Notes: generated by a model from the sequence alone, not told the origin. DNA of 64,000 nt from an uncultured Candidatus Saccharibacteria bacterium (GCA_964350885.1 CAYGKV010000005.1:1305-65304), one strand, 5' to 3'. Positions 46,503 to 56,382 are shown, counted from the first letter of the stretch. Made by a program: numbers and translations.

Positions 46503-48083
46503 ATGAACAAAATAGTTGCAGCCCTCCTCGCGTCCATTGCGTTTTTAATACCCGCAGTTTCCTCTGCCGCTAATCTTAGTAACTTGAATGGTCTTACCAC
46601 GGCAACGCAAACATTTGCTACAAGCACTGCGACAAGCTCTCACTTACGAATTCAATCATCGGGTAGTGTACACACATTCCTGTGGGACGGTACTCCGTGG
46701 ACTCTGGCCCAAGGAGGCACGGGGACAACGACGTTTGCAACGAGCTCTATTCCTTTCATCAACAATGGGCGATTTTCTGCCAATCCAGCCCAGCTCTTCT
46801 GGGATGCCGTGAACAATATTCTCAACATTGGTGGCACCACTACTCCTGCGGCGAAGTTGAGTGTCCGTGGTTCGGGGAGTCTCGACCTCTTCAATGTTGC
46901 TTCTTCGACGGGGACATCGTTGCTATTCGTGAGCAGCGCGGGAAATGTAGGAATCGGCACCACCACACCATTCGAAAAACTGGAAGTAGTCGGCAATGGA
47001 AAATTTTCCGGTTTTCTGCAATCAAATACGCTAACCATTCTCGGAACCTCTACACTCATAGGTAGGGTGGGTATCGGGACTACGAGTCCGCGATCTGCTC
47101 TTGATATTTTCGGTGCGTTCTATAGCCAGTTGGTAACGGCGAATGGTTCGAACATTGATTGGAACGCAGGAAATGTACAATCCCTCGCGCTCACGAGCAA
47201 TCCCACACTTACTTTCAGCAACGGACAAGCGGGCGGGGAGTACAAGCTGATTCTCAATCAGGACGCAATAGGTGGTCGCACGGTCGGATGGCCGGGTAGT
47301 GTGAAGTGGCTTCTGGGGAGTGCTCCGACACTGGCGACTAGCAGCAATAGTACGGACATCGTCAAGTTCGTATACGATGGCACCAACTACCTCGGTTTCT
47401 CCGCTGTTGCTCGTAGTGTCGCTCCACCTCCGCCCTCCTCGCTTCTTTCAGGTCTCCTTTCGTATTGGAGATTCGACGAATCAAGTGGCAATGCAGCGGA
47501 TTCGAGCGGCAACGGAAAGACGCTCACAAATGTTAACTCTGCGACATTCACTCCGGGTAAGGGGGGCTTGGGTAATGCGGCAACTCTAGTTCGTGCAAGT
47601 TCTCAATACTTTACTCGCTCAAACGGGACATACTATGATGTCACCGGGGGAACACTAAATTGCTGGGTAAAATGGAACACAAATCCCAGTGTACTTTCTA
47701 TTGTCTCGTACAGTACGAATTCCGGAGCTTCTGGTCTCGACTTTCGTGTCAAGGAAGCAAATGTCTTGCACGGATACATGGGGGCGGGGGCCAACGCCGT
47801 TTTTGGGGCTACGGCTTTATCATCGGGTACGTGGTACATGGCAACATACACATGGAACACTGGTGGCAAAAAGGTTTTCCTGAATGGAATGGAAAACGGT
47901 ACCAGCACAGTAGCTGAGACAATGACGGCGGGCAATACCAACTTTTATCTCGGCATACGCTCTGACCTCAATGAACCTTTTGACGGAATGATAGATGAGT
48001 GCGGGATTTGGAATCGGGTGCTCTCACCTTCAGAAATAACCGCACTGTACAACAATGGAGACGGGCTTCAGTACCCATTCTAG
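46503..48083 (+). CDS. secreted protein with tail-fibre-like GIGTT repeats and C-terminal LamG (concanavalin-A-like lectin) domain
   Basis: Signal peptide (AALLASIAFLIPAVSSA). Repeats NVGIGTTTPFEKLEVVGN / RVGIGTTSPRSALDIFG. The C-terminus (LLSYWRFDESSGNAADSSGNGKTLT...WYMATYTWN...KVFLNG...LGIR...FDGMIDECGIWNRVLSPSEI) is a Laminin_G_3 pattern. Confidence 0.65.
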   Translation: MNKIVAALLASIAFLIPAVSSAANLSNLNGLTTATQTFATSTATSSHLRIQSSGSVHTFLWDGTPWTLAQGGTGTTTFATSSIPFINNGRFSANPAQLFWDAVNNILNIGGTTTPAAKLSVRGSGSLDLFNVASSTGTSLLFVSSAGNVGIGTTTPFEKLEVVGNGKFSGFLQSNTLTILGTSTLIGRVGIGTTSPRSALDIFGAFYSQLVTANGSNIDWNAGNVQSLALTSNPTLTFSNGQAGGEYKLILNQDAIGGRTVGWPGSVKWLLGSAPTLATSSNSTDIVKFVYDGTNYLGFSAVARSVAPPPPSSLLSGLLSYWRFDESSGNAADSSGNGKTLTNVNSATFTPGKGGLGNAATLVRASSQYFTRSNGTYYDVTGGTLNCWVKWNTNPSVLSIVSYSTNSGASGLDFRVKEANVLHGYMGAGANAVFGATALSSGTWYMATYTWNTGGKKVFLNGMENGTSTVAETMTAGNTNFYLGIRSDLNEPFDGMIDECGIWNRVLSPSEITALYNNGDGLQYPF

Positions 48084-48107
48084 TCTAGATTCGGTCAATC
48101 AGTACGG

Positions 48108-49313
48108 CTACTCTAAAACATGAGGGGTAATGAATTTTAGGTGAGGGAATTTGGGAGAGATTTTGGATTTCAAGAAATCCGCGATATTCCAGGCGAGAAT
48201 GAGAGCGTGAGTGACCTCTTCGTTTATAGCGTCGTCAGAGCGTATCGGAAGGTGCGAACCGGGGGTATATTTGCCGATCTTTAAAGGAGATGCGTCGGTA
48301 GCGAAGTCGATCAGCGTCGTGTCTATGCCACAGTAGTTTAAGAGCGTATTTCCTTTGGCAGCTGCGCCTATTGCGACAACTTTCCCGCCTCCCAATCGAG
48401 CATCCACTAATTCTTTAAGCAACCGCATCTTGCATTCCCTCACGCTTGCTGCGAATGCACCCCACGTTTCTACGGAGTAAAGTCCTGATTCCTCCTCCAG
48501 GGCTATTTGCGTTTTGACCAAGGGGCTTTCTGTGCCGAATCCGACAAAGATCCGTATCGATCCGCTCATGTAGTCATTTTCCTCAAGGTGGGTTATAGAA
48601 AGACCGAACTTTTTGAAAAAGGGCACAAGAGGCTTCACAGCGATATATGAGACGTGCTCAAGGTACACGACATCAAAATGTTTTTTCCTGATAACTTCCA
48701 GGAAGTAGGGAAGTTCAATGACAAAGCTGCCGCTTTTGTCCAAAATGGAAACTACAGATTCCATGAATTCATCAAGAGGGGAAATGTGATTGAATGCGTT
48801 CGTTATGGTAATTGCTTTTGCCCGACCTTTTTTCAAGATTATTTTGGCGGACGAATCGTTGAAAAAATCATTGATCGTAGGAATACCATTCTTCTCAGCA
48901 AGCGCCACGATATTTGAAGCCGGATCCACTCCTTGGATCGTTGCTCCAAGAGCTTTGAATGCACCAAGGAGTGTGCCTACGTTGCTGCCTATATCCACCA
49001 CAAGCTCTCCCTTCTGTACGCCCGCGCGCTCGGTCACCTCCTGTGCCATATCCGTGAAGTGTTTTACTGAGATCTTAGAATTGCCGGAATCATAACTGTA
49101 GTCATTTTCTTGGTAGCGGATTTCTGCGGGTACGACGAAACTGTTCATCCCGTGCCCGCAATTCCGACAAAGAAGTACGGAAAGAGGGTACCGTCGCTCT
49201 GGTTCTTGAAGCTGGTTCTCCTTGAGAAAGAAGTCCGCTAGCGGATGGAATCCCAAATCAAGGACCTTCTCCAGGTCTTTCGAGCCGCACAAATGACAGT
49301 TCGTGACGTTCAT
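48108..49313 (-). CDS. NDP-hexose C-methyltransferase paralog (TylCIII family), lower GC
   Basis: CHLCGSKDL...CRNCGH zinc ribbon, VVDIGSNVGTLL motif I and a C-MT C-terminal domain. Homologous to the gene at 40025-41296. Confidence 0.7.
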   Translation of the reverse strand: MNVTNCHLCGSKDLEKVLDLGFHPLADFFLKENQLQEPERRYPLSVLLCRNCGHGMNSFVVPAEIRYQENDYSYDSGNSKISVKHFTDMAQEVTERAGVQKGELVVDIGSNVGTLLGAFKALGATIQGVDPASNIVALAEKNGIPTINDFFNDSSAKIILKKGRAKAITITNAFNHISPLDEFMESVVSILDKSGSFVIELPYFLEVIRKKHFDVVYLEHVSYIAVKPLVPFFKKFGLSITHLEENDYMSGSIRIFVGFGTESPLVKTQIALEEESGLYSVETWGAFAASVRECKMRLLKELVDARLGGGKVVAIGAAAKGNTLLNYCGIDTTLIDFATDASPLKIGKYTPGSHLPIRSDDAINEEVTHALILAWNIADFLKSKISPKFPHLKFITPHVLE

Positions 49314-49699
49314 AGAGGAATTGTATCGTCGACAAAGGGGCCATCCTTAAAGGCGTACATGAGGGCATCCTCGATGACCCGTATCTCATGACCACCTTGT
49401 AGCATCAACAGGCATTGGCCGGCCGTAACATTTTTCTTCTCGATCAGGTCGCCTTTGTTGTCAAAAATACTCGCCTCAATCGCGCCCTTGATGACAACGA
49501 TTGCCTCCTGCGGCTGCTGGGTGGTCTTCGGGATCTTTTTGTGGGTATGTTTTGCAACCACATGGCCACTCTTCCGCTTCATGAGGAGTAATTGGATTGA
49601 GTCCCTAGGATCCGTGACAGGAAACGCGCCCTCCTGGATCGATTCAAGATCCACGATAACCGCAAACATTTCTCCTCCCGATCTGATCTCAGTTATCAT
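49310..49699 (-). CDS. cupin-fold protein, WxcM/FdtA-like candidate NDP-sugar 3,4-ketoisomerase
   Basis: Small cupin with an HTHKK motif resembling the FdtA His pair. Located between the C-MT and gmd paralogs. Confidence 0.4.
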   Translation of the reverse strand: MITEIRSGGEMFAVIVDLESIQEGAFPVTDPRDSIQLLLMKRKSGHVVAKHTHKKIPKTTQQPQEAIVVIKGAIEASIFDNKGDLIEKKNVTAGQCLLMLQGGHEIRVIEDALMYAFKDGPFVDDTIPL

Positions 49700-50660
49700 G
49701 TGGGTGAGCTAAGTCATAATCCACCATTGCCCGGACAATTTCGTGGAATTTCATTTTCGGTTTCCATCCGAGCTTCTCTATCTTCGAAGCATCTCCCAAA
49801 AGCAGGGGCACCTCGTTGGGCCGTTTATATTTGTCGTCTATTCTCACAAACTTTTTTGACTCAAGGCCCACATATGAGAACGCTTCTTCGACAAACTCTC
49901 GTATTGTGTGAGTCTCTCCCGTTGCCACAACGTAGATATCAGGCTTTTCCTGCTGCATTATCAGATATATAGCTTCCACAAACTCGGGGGCCCATCCCCA
50001 GTCGCGTTTTGCGTCCAGATTGCCCAACACGAGAGAATCTTGTAGACCCAGCTTAATCTTTGCTACTGCCTTGCTGACCTTTTTTGTGACGAATGTACCC
50101 CCACGTCTCGGACTCTCATGGTTGAAGAGTATTCCCGTAGTGGCAAACATACCGTACCCATCTCTGTACTGTCTTGTTAGGTGAAAGGCCGCCAGCTTAG
50201 CGACCCCATAGGGACTCTGGGGTACCATCGGAGTATTTTCGTTATATGGCGGAGGTGTCCCCGGCACACCAAACATTTCCGAACTCGACGCCTGATAAAA
50301 TTTGGTATAAGGGGATAGTTTCCTTAGAGCTTCAAGAACATTTAATACACCGACCGCATTCGCCTCGAGGGTGTATTGCGGCACCTCAAAGGATACTTTT
50401 ACATGAGACATGGCTCCGAGATTATAGAATTCATCAGGTTTAACTTCTGAAATGATGCCGGATATTGATGGGCTGTCGGTAAGATCACCATGGTACGCGT
50501 GAAAATTTGGATTTCCGACAATGAGGTGATCTATCCGGGCTGAGGCAAAAGAAGAGAGGCGGCGCATTATCCCGTGCACTTCGTATCCTTTTGAGAGAAG
50601 AAGCTCCGCTAAATATGAACCATCCTGACCAGTTACTCCGCTAATGATCGCTTTTTTCAT
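49689..50660 (-). CDS. gmd: GDP-mannose 4,6-dehydratase paralog (short form, lower GC)
   Basis: [25 protein letters not shown]...[10 protein letters not shown]...SPYGVAKL...[12 protein letters not shown] are canonical GMD motifs. Confidence 0.8.
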   Translation of the reverse strand: MKKAIISGVTGQDGSYLAELLLSKGYEVHGIMRRLSSFASARIDHLIVGNPNFHAYHGDLTDSPSISGIISEVKPDEFYNLGAMSHVKVSFEVPQYTLEANAVGVLNVLEALRKLSPYTKFYQASSSEMFGVPGTPPPYNENTPMVPQSPYGVAKLAAFHLTRQYRDGYGMFATTGILFNHESPRRGGTFVTKKVSKAVAKIKLGLQDSLVLGNLDAKRDWGWAPEFVEAIYLIMQQEKPDIYVVATGETHTIREFVEEAFSYVGLESKKFVRIDDKYKRPNEVPLLLGDASKIEKLGWKPKMKFHEIVRAMVDYDLAHPHDN

Positions 50661-50694
50661 ATGTGAGACACCAATATATCACACATCAAACTTT

Positions 50695-51621
50695 CTATCC
50701 TTTATTTGTAAACCACTTGTACGTTTGTGCCAGTCCGTCCCGAAGTGCGATTTTATGGTGCCACCCAAGCGCGTGGATCTTGCTTACATCGAGGAGTTTT
50801 TGCGGCGTGCCGTCTGGTTTCGTCGTGTCCCAAACTATCTTTCCTTCATATCCGACAATCTTTTTCACCATCTCCGCGAGGTCTTTTATGGTTACGTCTT
50901 CTCCGGTGCCGATATTGATGATGGAAGGGTCGTCGTAGGTTTCCATAAGGAATACGCAAGCATTTCCAAGATCGTCGACATGCATGAATTCTCGTCTTGC
51001 AGAACCAGAGCCCCACACCAAGACTTCGGGAGCTCTCTTTTCCTTCGCCTCGTGGAAACGTCGTATGAGTGCGGGGAGGACATGCGAGCGCTCGGGGGAG
51101 AAGTTGTCGTTCGGGCCGTAAAGATTCGTTGGCATGACGGAGATGAAGTTTGAGCCGTACTGGCGATGATACGCCTGACATAATTCAATACCCGCGATCT
51201 TGGCGATGGCGTACGCACTGTTGGTTTCTTCGAGCGGGCCAGTCATTAAGTACTCTTCTTTGAGTGGTTGGGGAGCGAATTTTGGATAGATGCAGGAGCT
51301 ACCGAGAAATAGAAGTTTCTTCACGCCACTTACATGCGCTTCGTGTAAGACATTCGTCTGCACGATGAGATTTTCACGGATGAAATCTGCCGGGAATGTA
51401 TTGTTGGCCATGATGCCCCCGACCCGTGCGGCGGCGAGGAAGACGTACTCAGGTCGCTCAGTCTCGAAGAAATTTCGGACGGCTGTTGGGTCTAAAAGCT
51501 CCAGTTCCTCGTGGGTTCGAAGAACGATATTGCCGTATCCGCTTTCCCTGAGTTGTCGGACAATGGCCGAACCCGCGAGTCCTCGGTGTCCCGCGACGTA
51601 TATTTTTGCATCCCTCTTCAT
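50695..51621 (-). CDS. fcl: GDP-L-fucose synthase (GDP-4-keto-6-deoxymannose 3,5-epimerase/4-reductase)
   Basis: KIYVAGHRGLAGSAIVRQL...FLAAARVGGI...LLFLGSSCIYPK...SAYAIAK matches Fcl/WcaG. Confidence 0.85.
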   Translation of the reverse strand: MKRDAKIYVAGHRGLAGSAIVRQLRESGYGNIVLRTHEELELLDPTAVRNFFETERPEYVFLAAARVGGIMANNTFPADFIRENLIVQTNVLHEAHVSGVKKLLFLGSSCIYPKFAPQPLKEEYLMTGPLEETNSAYAIAKIAGIELCQAYHRQYGSNFISVMPTNLYGPNDNFSPERSHVLPALIRRFHEAKEKRAPEVLVWGSGSARREFMHVDDLGNACVFLMETYDDPSIINIGTGEDVTIKDLAEMVKKIVGYEGKIVWDTTKPDGTPQKLLDVSKIHALGWHHKIALRDGLAQTYKWFTNKG

Positions 51622-52100
51622 ACTTTTTTCAACGCTTTGAGTGCTCCCTCGATTCGGGCTCTAACATTAGGATGGATGTCATCGTCATCCACAGAAAACC
51701 AACGTTTCTCACTATGCTGGCTGTCTAAGACAACGACCTCATCGGAGAGCATATGCACAAAGTATACATCGACGGCATGATAGTTTACTCCTTCAAAAAT
51801 CGAAGAATCATTTATCTCGTTTAAAACCCCCGCATACAAAAGTGCGTCCGGAGGAATGGACAAATCAAGCTCTTGCTTTCCGATACGGCAGGCCGCATCC
51901 AAGAAATTCTCATTCTTATAGAGCCGTCCGCCAAAACTGTAAAATTGCCCCGCGTATGGTTCATTCGTTCGCCTTCCCAGAAGTATCTTCGTTTTGTCAT
52001 GGTTCAGGAATATGACATCGACGGTCATGATCGGCAGATTTTCCATCGCCGTGCGGTAGAGCTCGAGTGGCAACTTTCCCACTATGCGTCGCTCGTTCAT
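51618..52100 (-). CDS. gmm: GDP-mannose mannosyl hydrolase (NUDIX)
   Basis: 160-aa NUDIX protein ([39 protein letters not shown]). Its start overlaps the gmd stop (ATGA). The ORF track's long N-terminal extension is Arg-rich junk. Confidence 0.7.
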   Translation of the reverse strand: MNERRIVGKLPLELYRTAMENLPIMTVDVIFLNHDKTKILLGRRTNEPYAGQFYSFGGRLYKNENFLDAACRIGKQELDLSIPPDALLYAGVLNEINDSSIFEGVNYHAVDVYFVHMLSDEVVVLDSQHSEKRWFSVDDDDIHPNVRARIEGALKALKKV

Positions 52101-53155
52101 GCGCCTTGTTTGTCCACCATCGCGAGGTCGGCCTCTATCATGATACGGATAAGCTCTTTGAATCTCACTTTCGGCTTCCACCCCAGTTCCTTTCTCGCCT
52201 TCGATGCGTCGCCAAGGAGGATATCCACTTCCGCTGGCCGGTAGTAGTGCGGGTCTATCTCTACGAGCACCTTTCCGGTCTTCTTGTCGATGCCTTTTTC
52301 CTGCCTTCCCTTGCCTTTCCACACGATATCGAATCCCAGTACCCGCCCGGCCTCTTCGACGAGCTCGCGGACTGAGTGTGTTTCGCCGGTTGCGAGGACA
52401 TAGTCGTCGGGGGTCTTTTGCTGCAACATAAGCCACATACCCTCCACGTAGTCTTTGGCGTATCCCCAATCACGTTTTGCATCGAGATTACCGAGGTAGA
52501 TCTTATCCTGCAGCCCACGGCTGATACGAGCGAGTCCCGCGGTGACCTTGCGTGTGACGAACGTCTCCCCACGCCGTGGAGATTCGTGATTGAAGAGAAT
52601 GCCATTCACGGCAAAAAGTCCGTAGCTTTCGCGATAATTCTTCGCTATCCAAAAGCCAAATACTTTCGCGCATCCATACGGTGAGCGTGGATGGAAGGGC
52701 GTTGTCTCCTTCTGTGGTGTTTCTGCAACTTTTCCAAACATCTCTGAGGACGATGCTTGGTAGAAACGTGTCTTGATGCGGGTCTCTCGAATAGCATCGA
52801 GCATACGCAAGGTTCCGAGAGCGTCCACGTCGGCGGTGTATTCCGGGATGTCGAAGCTCACGCGCACATGACTCTGCGCGCCGAGATGATATATCTCGTC
52901 AGGCTTCACTTTCTCGAGGATACGATTCAGACTACTTCCATCGGAGAGGTCGCCATAATGGAGCTTGAGCCGACGATCCCGCTCGGGGAGTTTTTCGAAG
53001 AGATGCTCAATGCGCCCGGTATTGAACGTGCTCGCGCGGCGGATAATGCCATGCACCTCGTATCCTTTTTCAATGAGGAGCTCGGCGAGATAGGAACCGT
53101 CTTGTCCGGTGATTCCCGTGATGAGCGCTCTTTTGCGAGCTTTGTTTTTTGCCAT
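52097..53155 (-). CDS. gmd: GDP-mannose 4,6-dehydratase
   Basis: [31 protein letters not shown]...[10 protein letters not shown]...SPYGCAKV...[15 protein letters not shown], full length. Confidence 0.9.
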   Translation of the reverse strand: MAKNKARKRALITGITGQDGSYLAELLIEKGYEVHGIIRRASTFNTGRIEHLFEKLPERDRRLKLHYGDLSDGSSLNRILEKVKPDEIYHLGAQSHVRVSFDIPEYTADVDALGTLRMLDAIRETRIKTRFYQASSSEMFGKVAETPQKETTPFHPRSPYGCAKVFGFWIAKNYRESYGLFAVNGILFNHESPRRGETFVTRKVTAGLARISRGLQDKIYLGNLDAKRDWGYAKDYVEGMWLMLQQKTPDDYVLATGETHSVRELVEEAGRVLGFDIVWKGKGRQEKGIDKKTGKVLVEIDPHYYRPAEVDILLGDASKARKELGWKPKVRFKELIRIMIEADLAMVDKQGA

Positions 53156-53239
53156 TCGGCGCATTATACGTTGCAAGCACGAAGCGGGTCAAACAGCAGT
53201 TGCCTTTCGTCACGGTGCAGACTAGACTGATCCCATCAT

Positions 53240-54100
53240 ATGAAGGGTAAGAAAAAGCCAAAATGGGCTCCCGATTTGTCTACGCGTAGCGTAGCTACAA
53301 ATCGCAGTCCTGTATGGGTCGCCGTCTCCGGAGGCTTTGATCCCCTCCATGTCGGGCACGTGCGTATGTTCAAAGAAGCGCGGAATCTTGGCGACAAGCT
53401 TATGGTCATCATCAACAATGACAATTGGCTTCAACATAAGAAAGGGTTTGTCTTCATGCCACAAAGAGAGCGTGCGGAGATTGTGAAGGAGCTTCCATTT
53501 GTGGACAAAGTGGTTTTCACGGACCACGGGATCAAAGACCCTGATCGAAGTATTACGCGCTCGCTTAAGAAATTCAAACCGGCGATTTTCGCCAACGGCG
53601 GCGACCGTAAGGGTGTCAAAGATATTCCCGAGGTGGCAATTTGCGAAGAGCTTGGCATCAAAATGGTGTTTAACGTCGGGGAAGGGGGGAAAGTACAATC
53701 TTCTTCGTGGATGGTTGGCGCTTCTCGTCGGCCTGCCGCGCAAACGATCAGGCCGTGGGGGAGATTCTTCGGGTGGGATAGCGGGAAGGGGTGGTATCTA
53801 AAAACAATATACATAGCGGCCGGTAAAAGGCTTTCACTGCAGTTCCATCATCATCGCTCGGAATACTGGATGTTGGTCGAAGGAGATGCAACGGCGACGA
53901 TCCAAAAAACCGGCGAGAGGCCACAGCGCGTAGCGTTAAAGAAAGGGCAGGTCATACACGTCGACACGAAAGTCGTACACCGCTTGGAATCCAAGCGGGG
54001 CGGTGTTGTCGTGGAGATTGCTGTCGGGAATTTTGATGAGAACGACATCGTTCGTATCGAGGATGATCATGGGCGAGCACCCGGGGTTCTCCTCAAGTGA
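53240..54100 (+). CDS. fusion protein: cytidylyltransferase-like nucleotidyltransferase (HxGH) + cupin (type II phosphomannose-isomerase-like)
   Basis: VAVSGGFDPLHVGHVRMFKEA (HxGH of the CTP-transferase / RfaE-domain-II family), then WGRF...GKRLSLQFHHHRSEYWMLVEGDA (cupin, MPI-like). Confidence 0.55.
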   Translation: MKGKKKPKWAPDLSTRSVATNRSPVWVAVSGGFDPLHVGHVRMFKEARNLGDKLMVIINNDNWLQHKKGFVFMPQRERAEIVKELPFVDKVVFTDHGIKDPDRSITRSLKKFKPAIFANGGDRKGVKDIPEVAICEELGIKMVFNVGEGGKVQSSSWMVGASRRPAAQTIRPWGRFFGWDSGKGWYLKTIYIAAGKRLSLQFHHHRSEYWMLVEGDATATIQKTGERPQRVALKKGQVIHVDTKVVHRLESKRGGVVVEIAVGNFDENDIVRIEDDHGRAPGVLLK

Positions 54101-56382
54101 GTCGTGATAGAATGTCGACCATGTTACTTGAGAAGACGTTGCGGTGGGTTGTAATTGGGGGGATATTTTCTCTCACGGCTATTCCGTTCATAGTCTCGAC
54201 CTCGCTTTTCTTCCCCTACATAACAGGAAAGAATTTTACCTTCAGAATTATCGTCGAGATAATGACGGGAGCGTGGCTTGTCCTCGCACTCGTCTACCCG
54301 CAATACCGGCCTCGTCGTTCTTGGATACTCACTGCGTTTACGGTATTTGTGCTTGTGATCGGTCTTGCAGATGCGCTCGGTGCGTATCCCTTCAAGAGTT
54401 TTTGGAGCAACTATGAACGCATGGATGGTTGGGTAACGATCGCACATCTTCTTATGTACTTGTTTGTTGCTGCATCTGTCATGACTACTGAGTTGTTGTG
54501 GCGACGACTTTTGTATGTTTCGCTCGCATTTTCGACGTTTGTCTCAATCTATGGATTTTTGCAAATACTTGGAATTACTGGAATCGGTAACAACAGCCCT
54601 GGCGGGCTTGGAGCTCGTATCGATGCGACGTTTGGCAACCCCATCTACTTGGCAGTCTATATGCTCTTCCACATTTTTATCGCACTTTGGTTGTGGTCGC
54701 GGGCGTGGGAGGAGCGGCGGGCGGGTAGCCGACTCTCGGTTTCACTACTTTTTTGGTTTGTAATTGTTGTCGATACGCTCATCCTCTTCTTTACCGGCAC
54801 GCGTGGCACGATACTCGGACTTCTCGGAGGGTCATTGCTCACTGCAACTCTGATTGTTCTCTTTGCTCGGAGTTCGCCGCTTGCCTGGCGCATCGCACTT
54901 GGGTACATTCTTGCAATTCTCATCGCAGCTGGAAGTTTCTGGATAGTTCGTGATGCCGCATGGGTAAAAGAAATTGGCTTCTTGAATCGCCTCGCAACCA
55001 TCTCGTCTTCCGAGAATGGCGTTAAGGCGCGCTTTATCAACTGGTCTATCGCGTGGGAAGGCGTGAAGGAAAGGCCTCTGCTTGGGTGGGGGCAAGAAAA
55101 TTACGCGGTTGTGTTTGATCGATACTACGATTCGCGCATGTACGCACAGGAGCCGTGGTTTGATCGCGTACACAACATCATTTTTGATTGGCTCATTGCT
55201 GGTGGATTCTTCGGGCTCTTGAGCTACCTCTCTATTTTTGCTGCGACATTGTGGGCACTCTGGCGACCGAGCGTCGAGCGAGGAAGTACTGAGATCAGCA
55301 GGCCGAACGTGAGAAAAGAATTCTCGACCGTTGAGGCAAGTATCTTTACAGGGCTCTTGGCTGGATATTTTTTCCACAATTTCTTCGTGTTCGATAACAT
55401 TACGAGCTACATCCTCTTTGCCACCGTCCTTGGGTACATTGCGTGGCGGAGCAGCGCGGCATCTGACGACCCTCCGTTTTGGCAGGGTTCGCTACCAAAA
55501 AATCTGGCATCGTTTCTTACGATAGGAGCGATCTTCCTCGTTTGGGGCGCGTATATGATGGTCAATGCTCCTGCGCTCTCCCAAAACAAAACCCTCCTTC
55601 AATCTCTTGTTCCACAAGCGGGAGGAATATCACAGAACCTTGAGATAATTAAGCGTGCTATTGCAATCGGCGCATTTGGTACACAGGAAGCTCGTGAACA
55701 ATTGGCGCAGATGGCATCTCGAATTGCGGGATCAGCCGAGGTCAGTCAAGCGCAAAAGCAGGCCTACTATGAAACAGCCACTTCCGAGATGCTGCTCCAG
55801 TACAAGGAATCTCCACTCGACGCTCGGGCGCCGCTATTTTTGGGCATCATTCATAATACATTTGGTAATTACGCAGCAGGGGCTGAGGCGCTCGCACTCG
55901 CGCTCTCGCTTTCACCCGGGAAACAATCGATCCTTTTTGAAATTGCACAGAACGCGGAAGCGCGTGGAGATTCAAGTGCGGTTATGAAAGCGCTTGAGGC
56001 CGCATATGAGGAAGAGCCCGCAAACGCGCAAGCACGGATATTGTACGCGTCGGTCCTGATCCGATCCGGCAATTATGCGCGTAGCGATGAAGTACTTGCG
56101 CCGCTTATATTGACGGGGGAGGCGGCCGATCCTCGAATCGCGGCAGCGTATCTCGCAAACAAGCGATTCGACAAGATAGTGGCGGTGTGGGAGGCGCGCG
56201 TGAAGGCGCAGCCGCGCGACCCCCAGGGATATTTCACCCTTGCGGCCGCGCACCATGCGATGGGTAATTCTGCGAAAGCGATCGCAACCCTCGATGTGGC
56301 TGCTGCTCTTTCTCCCGAAGTAGCGCAGCAGGCGGCGGCATTTATTCAGCAGATTCGAGACGGGACGGTACAGATTCAGTAA
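54097..56382 (+). CDS. O-antigen ligase (Wzy_C)-family polytopic membrane protein fused to C-terminal TPR repeats
   Basis: ~12 TM helices with the characteristic large periplasmic loop. The C-terminal ~300 aa contain TPR-like helical repeats (ALALALSLSPGKQS..., AIATLDVAAALSPE). Confidence 0.65.
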   Translation: MSRDRMSTMLLEKTLRWVVIGGIFSLTAIPFIVSTSLFFPYITGKNFTFRIIVEIMTGAWLVLALVYPQYRPRRSWILTAFTVFVLVIGLADALGAYPFKSFWSNYERMDGWVTIAHLLMYLFVAASVMTTELLWRRLLYVSLAFSTFVSIYGFLQILGITGIGNNSPGGLGARIDATFGNPIYLAVYMLFHIFIALWLWSRAWEERRAGSRLSVSLLFWFVIVVDTLILFFTGTRGTILGLLGGSLLTATLIVLFARSSPLAWRIALGYILAILIAAGSFWIVRDAAWVKEIGFLNRLATISSSENGVKARFINWSIAWEGVKERPLLGWGQENYAVVFDRYYDSRMYAQEPWFDRVHNIIFDWLIAGGFFGLLSYLSIFAATLWALWRPSVERGSTEISRPNVRKEFSTVEASIFTGLLAGYFFHNFFVFDNITSYILFATVLGYIAWRSSAASDDPPFWQGSLPKNLASFLTIGAIFLVWGAYMMVNAPALSQNKTLLQSLVPQAGGISQNLEIIKRAIAIGAFGTQEAREQLAQMASRIAGSAEVSQAQKQAYYETATSEMLLQYKESPLDARAPLFLGIIHNTFGNYAAGAEALALALSLSPGKQSILFEIAQNAEARGDSSAVMKALEAAYEEEPANAQARILYASVLIRSGNYARSDEVLAPLILTGEAADPRIAAAYLANKRFDKIVAVWEARVKAQPRDPQGYFTLAAAHHAMGNSAKAIATLDVAAALSPEVAQQAAAFIQQIRDGTVQIQ

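Noticed and set aside
51618-52469. Long 283-aa version of the gmm (NUDIX) ORF
   Set aside because: The N-terminal 123 residues are extremely Arg/Gly-rich and overlap the upstream gmd coding region in another frame. The NUDIX domain starts at the internal ATG (52100), which overlaps the gmd stop, a typical operon junction.
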